A DNA stretch of 64,000 bases. Source: Phyllosticta citribraziliensis (Eukaryota). Under the pieces are notes generated by a model that worked only from the letters and a program-made list of their open reading frames with translations, did not search any database and was not told where the DNA came from. Below, piece after piece: positions 1 through 13,800 of the stretch; the stretch's first letter is position 1; each line of letters begins with the position of its first letter. The position numbers were made by a program, and so were the translations under genes. The stretch is taken from positions 372,001 through 436,000 of the forward strand of contig NW_027117342.1 of the NCBI RefSeq assembly GCF_038025025.1, given 5' to 3'.

Positions 1-1676
1 CACCAGGGTGGCTCAAACGCTGAGCATTGTCAACTCGGTGGCTATGAGCAGCATCAGGAACTCCTTCGATATCTTCATAAACTTCCATCCAAAGGCCAGA
101 GCTCTTCATTCTCGCTTTCTGGCCTGGACGTGACGGGTCCAAGAGATGGAAGAGCACGTCTTCAGGTTCCTGTTGTGCATCTGATTGCGCGAGCGTGTCG
201 AATTGGCCATCTTCATTTGCGCCATCGCTTTTGTTGGCGGCAGATTCTGGTCGCACGTTTTCCATGTCAGAAAATTCCTCGTCCTCTTCAACGACGATTC
301 CCATTATTTCCTCATAGGTTTCCTCGCGATATTCTGGCACGGCTTCACTCTCAGGGCGGGATAGGCTGCGTGTGGGAATCATTTCGTCACGTTGGGGGTT
401 TGACTCGATTCTGTCGTTCATTTCACATTGTGTCCGTTGTAAGAGATGCGCGGCCACGGATCCGCCTGTCAAAGCATTCAGCCCATTCAAATGCTGAGAA
501 GGCGCAGGGCTGGTGGCAGTGGGTTGGACTCGTTGCGACGCCTTGGGCGCATTGGTGGAGCGATCTGACGCCGTTCCAAGAATCTGCCTGGGCAGGTTCA
601 TCGCTGGGTCGCGTAATTGGTGAGCTCTGTTGACCTCCAACGGATAAGGCGCTGGCAATTCTCCTGCAATAATTTTCAAAGTCCCCGAACCTTGGAAATT
701 CAATCGTCGGTTTCTTCGTGGTCTCTTCTTGGCCGGTAGCGACAGTTCTGACGGAGAAAAACCATCGCCTGGGCGATTGGTCGACTTGCTCTTGATTTTT
801 GGAAATTTGAAAGCAGAGAGGTAGGCTGTCAGTTCTGTGGGCCTGGCGGGGCGAAATTGCTTTTCCAGCGACGTGAGTGTCATTCTGCGAGCCACAACAC
901 CTGCTGCGCCGCAATCTCCCGAGGCTTGCTCAGTAGGTTTGTCGTGTGCATCTTCAATCGGATCGTTGGGAGGAGTAAGATGGTCATCCTTTGACGGCGC
1001 GCCCTGTCAGCACGAGGCAAGAAATGTTGCTTCGCCGCACTCACGTCAGCATCCGAGTCTGTATCGGTCTCTTGAAATATAGAGGACGGGACCAAGGCTA
1101 GCTGGCGGGTTGTAGGCAACCGTCTTTTTGCTGGTTTGACAGGGCGTTTTCTTTTCAGCTTTGGTCTCTCGCGGTCTTGATCCGAAGCTTCGCCAGCCCC
1201 ATCATCGCTGCTGCGAGATTCCTGACGAGACTTGCTTGAGATCAACGCGATTTTGTTTTTGCGCGAATACGTTTTGATGGGTTTCCTGGCTGGAAGCATT
1301 CGTTCAATAGCAGCATCTTGGGGCTCAAAAGTCACGAGACTAGGCTCTGTCGCAGCCGGAGGCGAGGCAGACCGACGAGGTTGTTGAGGGTCGCATTGAT
1401 TATCTTCTGGATTCGTCGAGATTGTTTCAGATGGCAATAGGTCGGCAATAGAATCGTCATGAAAAGTCGCCAGCATGCGTTGAAAGTCACGGGATCCGGG
1501 CGGCAGGTACTGGAAGCCCGTGGTCTTTGACGGCGACGGCGACGGCGAGCCCTGACGAAGACGCTGCTGACGGTTAGCCTCTTGCCTTTGCCACGTATGA
1601 GACTGATGAGAACGAGATACGAGGGCCGATTGCGAGGTGAAGAGCTGATGGCGACGTGAGAAGGGGAGCGTGGCAT
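1..1676 (-). CDS. hypothetical low-complexity, basic protein (multi-exon, 3' end outside the window)
   Basis: ATG at 1676 (MPRSPSHVAISSSPR). A probable intron with a GCTAAC branch lies near 1560-1615, followed by ORF 880-1476 (RPKLKRKRPVKPAKRR, NLS-like). A GTGAGT donor at ~1044 leads to a frame that appears to stay open toward the window edge. No recognisable domain. Confidence 0.5.
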
Positions 1677-2074
1677 CTTTCCAGGATCAGCGCCGGTGCC
1701 ACCATCCGAACACGCACAACAACATGGCCATCTCGAGATGCCGCGACCTGCGATGCGACCGACATGGCGTCGTCGCCAGAGGGGCGTTGGCGACGGAGGC
1801 TCTGATGTCGAATTCGATGATGGGTGATGGTGAGGCGACGTCGTGGAGATGGGCGTGGCGTCGCGATTGCCCTCTGGAGCTTCCTGCTTCGCAGGCTGTC
1901 GTGTGCGCACTGACACCACTGACGACTGAAGACTCCGCCCGGGGTGTCGAGAGAGGGGCCACAGCGTTACGAAGATCTTTGGCGGTAAGTCATGGCTGAA
2001 AAACTTGAACTCGCAACCTTTTCGTGGCTGCATCTGCCAAAGATTCTCTGCCATCAGTGCCGGCAGTATCAACC

Positions 2075-5000
2075 ATGGACTTGGAGCAGAAGCCTACCCT
2101 CAAGGTTGAGGCCCCTCTTCCGCCCCTCCCTGAGATTCGCAATGAAGACAACTTCAGCGAAATTGCCCGCAAGCTGTCCTTGTAAGTCGATTTCCTTTTC
2201 CAACTCTTCGTTGATCTCCCGCATCTTTGATTGATGCCGTCGATATGGGGTGGGGACGAACTGCCTGATTGAGCAATGTCTCTATCTTGCCAAACGCCAT
2301 GAGCAACCATTGGCTTCGGCATCGTCACGACTCTTTCACACTCGCTGACTCTCAACCAGCTACTTCATCCAGGCCATAGACTCCCCCGTCACTTTCAAGG
2401 ACCTCAGCCAAGCAAAATGGATGAAGCGACTCCAACCTTTGATTAACCACCTGACCAAGGAGTCTCACCACCCGGCCCTCGTGGCTTCTCTGCTGTTAGT
2501 AATATCCAAAGCAGATTCCCAGTAGGTACTAACTCGTTACACGAACAGTGCTCTCAAGGGTCACTATGTTGCCGTTGAGACCGAAGATGACCGGGGAATC
2601 AACGAGGCCCGAGGATATGCTTGCGAGCTCGTTGCCTGGCAATTCGTCCTCTCGCTCTCCGAGCGGGAGGCCATTGACTTTCTTCTTTGGGAGCTCAAGC
2701 CCTACAAGGGGATCACTCCCGACCCGGACGAGGTCGACTCATCTGATGATGAGCACGAGCACGACCCTGAGGCTGGCCACGGGCAGTCCAACGCACGCCT
2801 TTCAATCGAAAGTGCCACTGAGAGAACTTCGCTCTTGGGCAACCAAACGCCTGCCAACGGAAAGGCCAACGGCAAGGCCAACGGCAAGGCCAAAGGCAAG
2901 GCTGCGAATGGCAAGGGCAAGCTCAAGGCCAAGGCTAAGGCCAAGATCCATCCCCATCATGAAGATATTCCTGGCAACGAGTACGACGCCAAGGATGGAG
3001 ATGATTTCGCCGAACCATTCCTCAGCCTTAATGCCCTTGAAATTGCCGTTGTGTCCGAAGCCAAGAAGTTTCTGAGCCAAAAGGTGGTGCAAGAGATTAT
3101 CAACGGCATCTGGATGGGAGATATCGTCTTCTGGGAGCGTTTGACCGTGAACGCTGTCAAGGAGCCAAGATACCACAACAAGGCGTAAGTCCGACGATTT
3201 ATCATATTGCTTATTGTCCGCGGCTGACTGGATGTAGTCTCGGAGACCCATGGTGCCGTTTGAGAGTGCCTCGCTATATGAAGTCGATTGAAATGGGCTT
3301 CTTCTTGACCATGCTGGCTCTGTTTTATGTCGTATCTCTCCAACATGAGATGTGGAGCGTCACTGTCTGGGAGGTTCTCCTCTACGTCTTCATTACCGGA
3401 TATGCCTGCGATGAGTGTAAGCTGCCCTGATCTGCTCTGGTATTACAAACTGACAAGCAAAAGGGATCGGGTTCAAGGACGCTGGTGCAAGGCTCTACTC
3501 CACCGACCTCTGGAGTGTTCTCGATATTTTGATTATCCTCGACGGCCTGACGTTCTTCATTCTTCGTAAGTGCTAGACCCAATCTTTGATGCGGCGGAGT
3601 CACTCTTCAGCGAGTAGGTGACTAATCAAAGGACAGGCGTGATTGGTCTTTCGTACAACTCGGCGAAGCTGCTGGATATTGCGTTCAGTGTCCTCGCGCT
3701 TCAATCACTCTTCTTGACGCCTCGGTAAGACTGGCCTGCTACGCGCCAGAGGGGATCCTTCCAACTGATGTGGCTTGCAGTATCTTTTCTCTCTTGAGCC
3801 TCAGTCCCTACTACGGAACATTGGTATGTATCCCCTGGTCAAACTAGTGGGGCGACATTGGTCCGGCTGACATGTGCATTAGCTGCCTTGTATGGCTGAA
3901 ATGTGAGTCCAACAATCGGGAAATTACCCTACCAACAGGTCTGACCGGCAACCAGGGGAAAGCAATTCATCAAGTTTCTGAGCTTTGCATTGATCATCGA
4001 TGTCGGTATGTCTCGAACAAGAAAATGCTCCATCACCCTGCCTGTGGTACTTGCTTGCTGGCATGCGGACTTGGCTTGACGTGTTTGCAGGATTTTTTTC
4101 CACCTTTGTACTGCTCGCGCGTGGTAATGTTTCGCTTTTTGAGACTACCATAACCACGCTCAAGGTCTTTTTCGGGTAAGTTCCATCACCTTGTTGACTT
4201 GCTTTTGCTGACTTGGAAACAGTGCCGGTGTTGTGGGATTCGTAAGTTCTGCGAACAACATGGCTGGACTCGGCTAATGACTGACAACACGATAGGACTT
4301 AGCACCACGCATGTAAGTCTTGTAGACCGGTCGAGGCACAGAAAGACGGCTGACAGCAATCCTAGTTCTCACTACTTCGGCCTGCCCGTCATGGTTCGTG
4401 GACACTTGGCTGCGCAGTTGTCGCTTGCGCTGATCAGACATAGGTGATTTTTGTCGGCCTCACCAACATGCTGATTATGCAATCCATGTTATCCTACATC
4501 AACAACAGCTTGCGCCAGGTATGTGCACCCCCAGGGAGCGGAAGACGGTCAAGAACTTGCCGCTTCGCGCCCTCGCTTGTTGTAGCGCCATGCAGTTGAC
4601 CCATGTCGACGAACTTAATCCCTGGTTGTTCAGAATCGACTGGCTGACATTTCTTCTCCAGGTTCTCGAGACTGCGCGTGAGGAGTATACTTTTGGGTAG
4701 GTCTTGACGCGCAAGGCTGATTTCTCCATTTTCCGCTGATGCGCAGCCAGGTATGCCGTTTACGTCTTGGAGTCTTCGACGTCAGACCGCTTGACCTACT
4801 TCTTCCCTCCTCTGGTGAGTTTGCTCTACCCTATCACAGCCCTCGGTACCCGACATTTGGCGCCTAAGCGCCAGATGGCATGCAGTCCTTGCGCCCAAAG
4901 CCCTGTACTGGCCAACCATGCTCTCCGGGGTTGTCGCTGCCCTGATGCAGGGCTACCGTGGGGAGCAATAGTTCCCAATACAGGAAGAACTGGGCACTCG

Positions 5001-5663
5001 GACACCCGTGGCTCCAAATTTGCAATGCTAGTCGATGCAACGCATGCGGCGAAGCAAATGCAGCAATTTGATTGGGGAAGGGGGCCACCAGCCACAAGTA
5101 GGGCTGCATGGGACACCAAAAGCACTTGCAGCAGAGCCGCAACGGCGTGCCAGCATTGCAGGACGAGCTAACCTCTGCAGAACCTCGTTCCTCTGGTGCT
5201 CTACCGGCCCCTCCAGGTTGTGCTCCCGCAGACGGTTGCTCGCAAGCTCCGGATTTTGCTTCTCAAGTCTACGCACGTGTTCCACATGGCACTCATTTGG
5301 ATGTTTGAGAAGTGGACCGAGTACATGTACAAGAAGAATGTCGCCAACATGCCAGACGCCAACAGCCCCATGAACGGCAGGCCCGCGACTGCGAAGAAGA
5401 CGAACTCGACCAGACTCACCATGGGGCGTAAGGTGAACACGAGCTTGATGAAGGCGCCAAGGGAGATGCCAACGGCGGCTTCCATCAAGCAAGGTGTGGG
5501 CAGATCAGTGACGACGACGTCGACGCTCAGCAGCAGCGGCACGGTCCAGGTGCCCATTGACCCAAGCGAGACGCTGGCACTCTTGGGCAAGCTGAGCGAG
5601 ACAGTCGAGCAGCTCAAGGCGCAGGTGGCTCGCCAGCAAAAGCAGCAGGGACAGGGTAAGTAG
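2075..5663 (+). CDS. YVC1: TRP-family vacuolar Ca2+/cation channel, Yvc1/TRPY1 homologue (about 15 exons)
   Basis: The spliced reading gives family-typical stretches: GINEARGYACELVAWQFV, LNALEIAVVSEAKKFLSQKVVQEIINGIWMGDIVFW, RLRVPRYMK, FSLLSLSPYYGTL, KVFFG, AREEY..YAVYVLESSTSDRLTYFFPPLNL. Micro-exons at 3883-3902, 4223-4241 and 4296-4312 have canonical GT..AG borders. Stop TAG at 5663. Confidence 0.85.
2853..2946 (+). repeat. coding GCCAACGGCAAG-type repeats encoding a Lys/Ala/Gly tract (ANGKANGKANGKAKGKAANGKGKLKAKAKAK)
   Basis: Directly visible imperfect 12-nt and 6-nt repeats inside the channel exon. Confidence 0.8.
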
Positions 5664-6282
5664 AGGAGGACGGAGGAGACCGACTTGAGCAGTGGGGCGT
5701 TTGCACGGGCATCAGTGCCTGGGATGCAGAGCTGAGAGCGGTGCGGAGAGGGCTTTGAAAGGCTCGGCTCGGGTTGGAGGCGAAGATCCTGATGGCAGCG
5801 TAGCGGTTCGCAGCAGATCACGATGGGGTCTGGGCGGCGGACAAGGGAGGGGGAAGAGAGGAGGGCATGAGGATTGAGAGTGGGAGAGGAAGTGTGGGTA
5901 AAGTTGTGGGAAGGGAAGAAAATAGTATGTGTGCAGCGTAATTGCAATCTGCTTCATGTATTGATCTGGGCAGTGGAGTGGAGGGAGTGGACCTCATGGA
6001 ACCTGCGCGGCGGGACGGCGCAACCGACATGACAGCCATCCATGGTGGGGAGGGCAGTCAAGTCTCGTCTCTCGATCCCCTGCTAGCTGGTACATCCCAA
6101 ATGATCAGTGCGCTCGCGTTGGAGCAGAGCAGAGCCGCCATTTTCCAAACCCAACGAACGCCTCGATCGCCTGTCCCTGTCTGTCTTCGAGAACCCAACT
6201 TTACCACTTTCCGGGATTGCAGGCCCCACGCCCACGGCAAGCCCTCAACTCTGCCTCGCTCCACTACCATCCACCGCCCCGT

Positions 6283-6310
6283 CCCAGACCAGACCAGACC
6301 AGACCAGACC
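6283..6310. repeat. (CCAGA)n pentanucleotide microsatellite upstream of the zinc-finger gene
   Basis: ccagaccagaccagaccagaccagacc. Confidence 0.85.
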
Positions 6311-6547
6311 ACACCTCGACATTCATCTTTGATATATATTTGCCGCACGGTACTCGTGCCCAGTCACCATCCACACTCCATTCCCGCATCTCCACCACTC
6401 CGTCTACTTCCAGTTGCCTCTTCTGGCCTCCTGTCCTCTGCCACTGCATTCATCCGCATAGACGCTCCATCCTCGCTGGCTGCCTGACGCCCACGAACTC
6501 TCTATATCACTCCAGGACTCGACCGTCCTTGACGACCAATCCTCACC

Positions 6548-7820
6548 ATGGACGCCAACACGCCTCGTTCCCCCTCCGGCACCTTTGGCCACACTTATAC
6601 GCACCCCACCAACTATCCCTCGCCAGCCAAGTCCGAAGGAGACCAGACCACGTTCATGCCGGATCCGCTTGGAGTCTACTATGGCGCCCTCCCAATGCAC
6701 AGCCATTCGATACAGACCGCACAGGGCCTCTATCCTCTATCGCCACAGCCATCTGAGACGTGGACGACTTGTCTGACCACCAACGCCTCCCCAGCCATCA
6801 TGGACAATGGCATGCGAGCATGGACCGACCAGTACCCTCCTGTTGGCCGCTCCCACATGGCTTCCTGGGACCAACCGCAGTACCAATACGCCACTCCAGG
6901 TTACATTGACGGACGACACTCGCCGGACCCTTCTGACCCGTACATGTCGCACAGGTCGTCGGTTTCATCAACGTACGACCACTCCGTCTATTCCCATGAC
7001 ACTCCAGATTCCTTTGCGCCGCGCATCAAGGCTGAACCGATGGATCACTGGACCAGTGATGACGAAGGACGCCAATCCATGACGGTTTCCCCTGAGCACA
7101 TGGAAGCAGGCTACGCTGCCGGTCAGCCGTACCAAGGTGTCAAGAATGAGGAGGCTTTTGACGAAGGCTACGCCATGACAGCGAGGGACAGTTCGGGAAG
7201 AATCAACACCAGCACAGCGCGCACGCGGTCCAGGAATGCCACGACGTTCGAAAACGCCAAGTACGAGTGCGACTTGTGCGGGAAGCTGTTTCAACGGTTA
7301 TACAACCACAAGTCTCACATGGAGACGCACGACCCCAAGCGGGCTTTCCCGCACATTTGCGAAGCCAAGGGCTGCGAGAGGAAATTTGTCCGGCGAACCG
7401 ATCTTGTTCGGCATGAACAGAGCGTAAGAAACCTGCAGACACGTATTGAAGCAAATTCGCTAATGCAAACTTCAGGTCCACATCAAAGCGAGGAATCACA
7501 AATGCATGGCCTGCGGAGCTCATTTTGCCCGCAAGGACACGCTGAGAAGGTAAGCCGGCATTGGTTGCATTTTGCAGAGAACGTCAGAGGCTGACTGTGG
7601 CTTGAAATCTAGGCACACGGAGGACGGTTGTCCCAAACGCTTTGAAATCAGCAGACAGACTCAACGGACGACGGATTCCAGCTCTCGCGGACGATCGTCG
7701 TTGGCGACGGGGCGACGCAGCAACCACACCACCAGTGCAATCTTTGATGCACACCAGCAAGCAGTGGCAGCAACTGCAAACCGAATGCAGCCCATTTTCT
7801 CGCAACAGCAGCAGCAATAG
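6548..7820 (+). CDS. C2H2 zinc-finger transcription factor (3 fingers, 3 exons)
   Basis: Fingers YECDLCGKLFQRLYNHKSHMETH, HICEAKGCERKFVRRTDLVRHEQSVH and HKCMACGAHFARKDTLRRHTEDGC. Introns at 7424-7475 and 7550-7612; TAG at 7818-7820. Confidence 0.92.
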
Positions 7821-10800
7821 GCGCACATTTTGGAGGTCGGCAGCATTCCGGCGACGACCAAATACGCGGCGGGTCGCGCGGTACGATGGCCAGAGGCCAG
7901 AACTGCTGAACCCACCGGCTAGGCGCAGGCATTGCGCAGCCTCGTCCCATCATTATCGGGGTCTCAGGAATTCGCCGACTGACGGTTGACGATCCCGGAC
8001 CGCGACGACGGGAACGAATCGTTGTAGATAACTAACAAGAAGAGTATGTTCATATGGGGCGGCATGGTCCATCTTCGTCATTGCAGCAACTACCAACAAG
8101 CGAGCATTTGCATCGGCATCGGGGGAGCGGGATGGCGTGGCGACGGCGGACATTTGTTTTGATTTCTTTTTCCGTTTGCTTTTTCACGTCTTGTTTCGTC
8201 TTGATGGGCTTCTTTTACAATGGGGCGGATTTTTTTTTTTTTTTTCCTTCGTCCACGTCTTGGTTTTTGACACACTCCCTTTTTTTCTCACGTCTGTTGG
8301 GTTTCGCTTTGCAGGCCCCTCTCTGTACGCAGCAGGGGGGATTTTCCACCGGGGCTGTGATATCATTCGGCGCATGGTCAGGGAATATTGGGGGCTTGGA
8401 CGCAATGGTAACTCTCTTGTTTTTTGCTTTTTCCCTCTTCAAATACCAATTACCAAGCACAACCCGGTGGTCGGCTTAAGGCAGCCGGAAAATAATGTGC
8501 ATGCGGACATGCTTCTCCATCCAACCTGTTTGCCAAGCACGCAGTCCGCTCGCATGCATGGAAAAAGAGTGGGCGACAGCGGGTAGAGACGGAAGAAGGG
8601 CTTGGATGCGGCTCTTTGCAGGGGAAGCACTGGAGGGCCACGTCGTTGCTCCTCGGCGAGGGTTCAATGGGCAAATGACAGGCGAGCCATAGCGCGCGAT
8701 AGTAAAGGTCGAGAGGGGATCGGCAAGAGGGAGGCGGACGGGCAGGCCGAGAGGGGACAAGGAGAATTGCGAAGACGACAGACTGGGAGAAGGTGAGTGA
8801 TGTGACGGGCACGGATGACTGTGCTGAAGGATGGCCATCCCAGCCTCAAAGTGGTCCCGGGCGGGCGGTAAATCCGGCAACGGGAGGGGGTGGACGCGGT
8901 TGGGGGCCACAGACGGGCATCGAGGCGCAAGGGATGCCCCGGGGGGAGAGGGGAGAGGGGAGAGGGGAACCACAGACAGGGGGCAAGGGCCAGGGGCCAG
9001 GGGGCCGCGGCACGCCCTAGCCGCCGCGCGCTTTGGTGCTTCCCCCCCACACCTCAACCTCAACCACCCAGCGCCAATTCACCCTCGACATTGGCCCGCG
9101 ACTCGCCAACATCCGCCATCGTCGTCTTTTCTTGTCCACCACTCCGCACCCTACCTCATCGCCCCCGTCCTCGCCCATCTTGCTGCCCAGAAGACTGCAT
9201 CTCGCTCCTTTGAGTTCGGTGTCCATCAAACGAGAAGAATCGTCAAACCAACCGCTTCACAACCGCCCTTTTCCAAACCACCAACAGGACGCCCGGAAAT
9301 AACACTCGAGAGTAGCGTGATCTGGCTGGAACAAGCCGAGTCCAAGCTACCGGGCTCCGGGCACTTGTTGAAGCACGTCGGCCTGATCGACGCGGCTGGC
9401 TGCGACGAGCGGCCGTTGGAGCTGCGCTCCCGCACCGGCAAAGGCTCTGCTTCAGCCTCTCTGCCCCGATGAAGGATCCCGTGCTGTAACGGCCGAGCCA
9501 GCCATTTCGTCCAGAGAACCCACTCTGCCCTCATCAAACCGCTGCTGCACCTCGGATATTCAAAGTCGACCCTGTGGCTGCGACTCTGGCCTCCAGAATC
9601 CCTTTTCCAACATCAACGTTCAGACTGCCGACTTGCCATTGTCCACGACCAGATTTGCCGACCGCCTCAAGGGGGACGGGTGGACCCCTTTGCGGCTCCT
9701 TTCTCCACATTGGCTGGCTCCCAGGCATCCAGACCTGCGCGTCTAGGTCGATTGGCATGCCAAAGCGCATGATGATGAGCGTCGGGAGGTGTTTCCCCGT
9801 CTCCAAATGCCGCCGTCCTGCCCGTGCCCGTAGAACGCGTTATGGGGACAGTGGATATCTCTCTCTCTAACCGCACACGTCCAATTCTGCTGCTTCACCA
9901 GCCAGCCCACTGTAATCCGCCTCTCCCCGAGTAGGCCTTCCCAGTCCTCCATCGCTTTTTCCGATTGCGGAGAGCGGACCGCCTTCGATTATCGATGCAC
10001 GGCTCCTTTGCTAGATCAAGGCGATCTTGTCCTCCACGACGACACATGACCGCAGGGTGCTGCGGGCATGCCTCGTACCGCATCCGCGTGCAGATGGTCT
10101 TGTTGCATATCCTATCCTGCTCGGACCCCGTACAATGAGTAACCTGTCTCTGATTGCTTTTTGGGCCTTTGAGATCGAATGAAGGAGGCGCCTGTGGGAT
10201 TGACAACCCGGTTCCTCTCATGACCTGCACTGTTGCTTGCCCTGTACGTACCACACTAACCGCGTGGACCGTCAGCTTTCTGCATCACCAAGCAGCAAGC
10301 CACGGCGATCGCTTTGCGAAGTTTTCGAAGACCCGCCGAATGGCGTCGTCCCTCGAGCGCCACCAACAACATGCAAGCCGTCTGACTGGAGCAACACCAC
10401 GGCGCTGCCGCAGGGAAGCCTGACTCTGATTTTTTTCTCAAATGCTACCTTCCTGTACCATGAGAATATCATGCGAGCCCAGCCTATTTCCGATTGCCCT
10501 CTCGCCACGTTGGAAAGCGTACAGTTCAGGCATGCTCATGCAACTCAAAATTTGCGCCCACGTCATCCGAGAGATTATGGCCTGGAAATTCCAGTCTTGC
10601 AGAGCACGCTGTCCAAGCCCAACTGACCGGCCGGCGCCATGTCATGCTGATGCTGGCAAAATCTAAAGCAGCGTCTGTGGCGGAAAAGAAGCAGTCCACC
10701 GAAAAATCGCATGTTGGGCAGACTGACACCCGCGTCTACCTTCCCATTGCAGGAAGGAGAAAAAAATTTGGTCGGCTGTTTCACGTGCCAATCAAGCATC

Positions 10801-13800
10801 GTACGGGTTACGAAGACAGTTCGTGCGGACATGTCCCGAAGCGAAAACTGGCGTGTACACATTTGGGCCAGACCTCTTGCGTGGTGGGCTTCCCACTCGC
10901 CAAACAGCACAATCAGGCCACACTGCCGCGGGCGGGCATCCGCCGCGCGCAAGGTGTGGTGTGGCTCCTTAGCGGTCTTGGTATTGACATTTGCACGAGC
11001 AGCAGCAGCGGCACCGCCATCTCCCGGTCGGTGATTGTCTCGTTCTGCTGACCCTTCTCCACAGATGGAGGAGACGACTGCGAACTGGACCACGACAGCC
11101 GAGGGGAGACTGGAACGCTCAGGGACGCAGCCGCCTGCGGATGGGGACCGTCGGAAACGCATGGACGGACTGTCCCATTCCTCCTCGCCAATCGCTCTTT
11201 GCCAATAATGCTAAGGGGTCGCTGTCTCGGTGGGGGGTTTGGGGGCATCCAGGTAACAAACACGAAGTGCGCGAGGGGGGACGGAAACCTTTCCGCGGCA
11301 TTGACTCGGCATCGCGTGTGAGAGGCGGAGAGCGAGATGGCTTGCGAGTGCGGAGAATAGGAAGCGCCTTGGTGCGCGAGCGCGCGTCCGAAAGAAGTGG
11401 GCGAGTCGGCGCTTCATCGTACAGCATCATCGACGTCGATGGCAGAGGCTCGAAAGTGGTGTTGTTGTTGTTGTTCTGACTCGGAGAACTGCTGCTACTG
11501 CTGCTGCTGCAAGGTATGCGGTGGAACCGACTGGCCTGGGGATGCTTGCCAGCGCCGCCGCTGCTTTTTCAAACGTCAACTGCCAAACAAACCTCCGACG
11601 TAGAGGTTTGACAGCCGCTGTGCGACAAAAAACGTCTCCAACTCCGGATTGCTTGATTTCGCGTGCACTTTTCTGCTTGTCTCCCCGTTGCGATACAGTA
11701 CTTTGTTTCAGCCGACGACTGCTTCCTGTGCGGCTCTAAGACGTCCATCTCCGACGTCCGTCTCGTCACAAGCTCTTCTCTGGCATGAACGATTTCTCTT
11801 TCTTTTTTCTACAATCACCCAGAGTCTACGGATTGTTCGGCCCGTCATGATTTTTGCAGACACACCTGTTTGTCGGCATCACACTTTGGCGCTCGTCTCC
11901 CATCAGCCATGTTTCAACGCCAAAGAATTGAAAAATTCGTATCCTTCCATCATTTGTGGATTATTTTGACCTTCTCACGTCTTTTGCCACTTTCAACTCT
12001 TGCTGCCGTCGAGGCCTCCACCTCTGGACACCAAGCCGGACATTGAGCATCTTTCTCACACTTCGGCCGGCACCCAAGATCGACCAGCGTGGATTCAAGA
12101 CCAAGCACAACAAGCAGGGATCCAAGCAACCCCATGGGCAGACCTCTATACTACCCCAAGCTTTGCGGCCTGGCACTAGCGGACCCCAAAAAAACCACGA
12201 GTCGCCCACCGTCAGTTGGCTCGACGCACCAGCCCTCCCAGAGATCTCCGACCCCGAGCCTGACCCGCGTGCCCAGGAGCTCTCGACCCCTCTCCCGCCC
12301 TCCCGCAGGACCCCCTGCTCGACCGACGCATCATCTCACTTGGCCCTCGAGAGTCAGCGCGACTCAGCCCCCAGCCACAGCCGAAATCTGCTGGCTTCCT
12401 CGGTTCCTTCGTAGCCTTCCAGAAACGGACCGGACGGCGGGGTGGGAAAATAAGGGCCATGGAGCGCGCGCAGCACGTCAGACGGCGCACTGGTCAATCT
12501 CTAACCGTTCGCCGACGGCCCGTCATGGATCTGTCGTCTCTGGCGAACGGCTGGACGGACTGCTGACTTGCTGCTGCTGGAGCGCGTCGCTCGATCGGAC
12601 TGATCAGCGATGCTGGGGTCAAGGGCTGCCACGCTGAAAGTATGACCGCGCGATAAACGCCTGGAAGCCCAAGAATCCTCCTGGATGCGGACGTCATTGT
12701 TGTTTCTTTCTCATGTCGCGACACGGTGTTTTGGCGTTGCGGATCGCGGCCGCCAAATCCGGCTATCCGTCGCGGCTTCAGCGGATGGGTACCTCTGCCC
12801 GGAGTGCTGGTACGGATACTGCCAGGGCCTTGGACACGCATCAGGCTTATCGGACCAAAACTATGCGGGGTCATACGGCGATGGACACAGACGGCGGAAG
12901 AGTGACAATCGAGGCAAGACTTGGGGCACGGGGAAAGCGGAAAAAGCGGAGAGCAACATGGCCGTTTTGCCGCTGCCTTCACGACACGCATGCGGCTTGG
13001 CCTCCTTGGCAGTAGAAAGAGACTGCGAGGGCGAAGACCAGGGCAACGAGCTCGAGATTGATCTGCAGTCTCACGTTGCGAGGAGTATGGAGAGGGGGTG
13101 GGGTCTGAAGGTGCGGACGCCGGACGGACTGTTTGGTCGACACAGGGACGCTGCACCCTGTAAGCTGCTGGACGTGTGGAGGTATCCAAAAAATCACCAG
13201 AGGTTGTGGTAAACTGGGTCACGCCACGCCTTGGGAAGAGAAAGCACGCCCATTGGAGAAGGCATTGAAACCACCATTCGACAGCACCGCGGACTGTCAC
13301 TACTGTTGTAGGACAATTTTCCTTTGATGAGATCCGCCAACCCAGTCGAGGGTCTAGATGCTGCGTCTGCGCTGGCCAAAGCACAGCATGGCGTGTCAAA
13401 GGGCGGGAAGCCTGCCAGGGCAGCAGAGACGCAAAAGCGACGAAAACTCAAGACGGCGGGCGTCTTTGACGGCGAAATGGACGAGGGCTTCTAGAAAGAA
13501 TCAGGGTCCAGCGGCGGCTGCGGCGCCTCATCCATCTTCCAAGCATCCGACAGCTGGGCCGGCGGATCGGAAGGGGTCGACGTGTTGCTGCCGCTGCTGC
13601 TCGCTGGCTGCGTGAGGCGGAGGGATGGATGCTCGATGCTCGGTGTCCCTCTCCCGGACGCGCTCGACTCGCACCACGCTTCTGAAGCTCGCTGCCCTTG
13701 GGACGCCCTCCGTAATCACCACCACGACTGTCGTCACATGCAATTTGCAAGCCGGACGAGAGCTCCCTGTGGCGTTTGGATAGGCATGTTCTCACCACGG

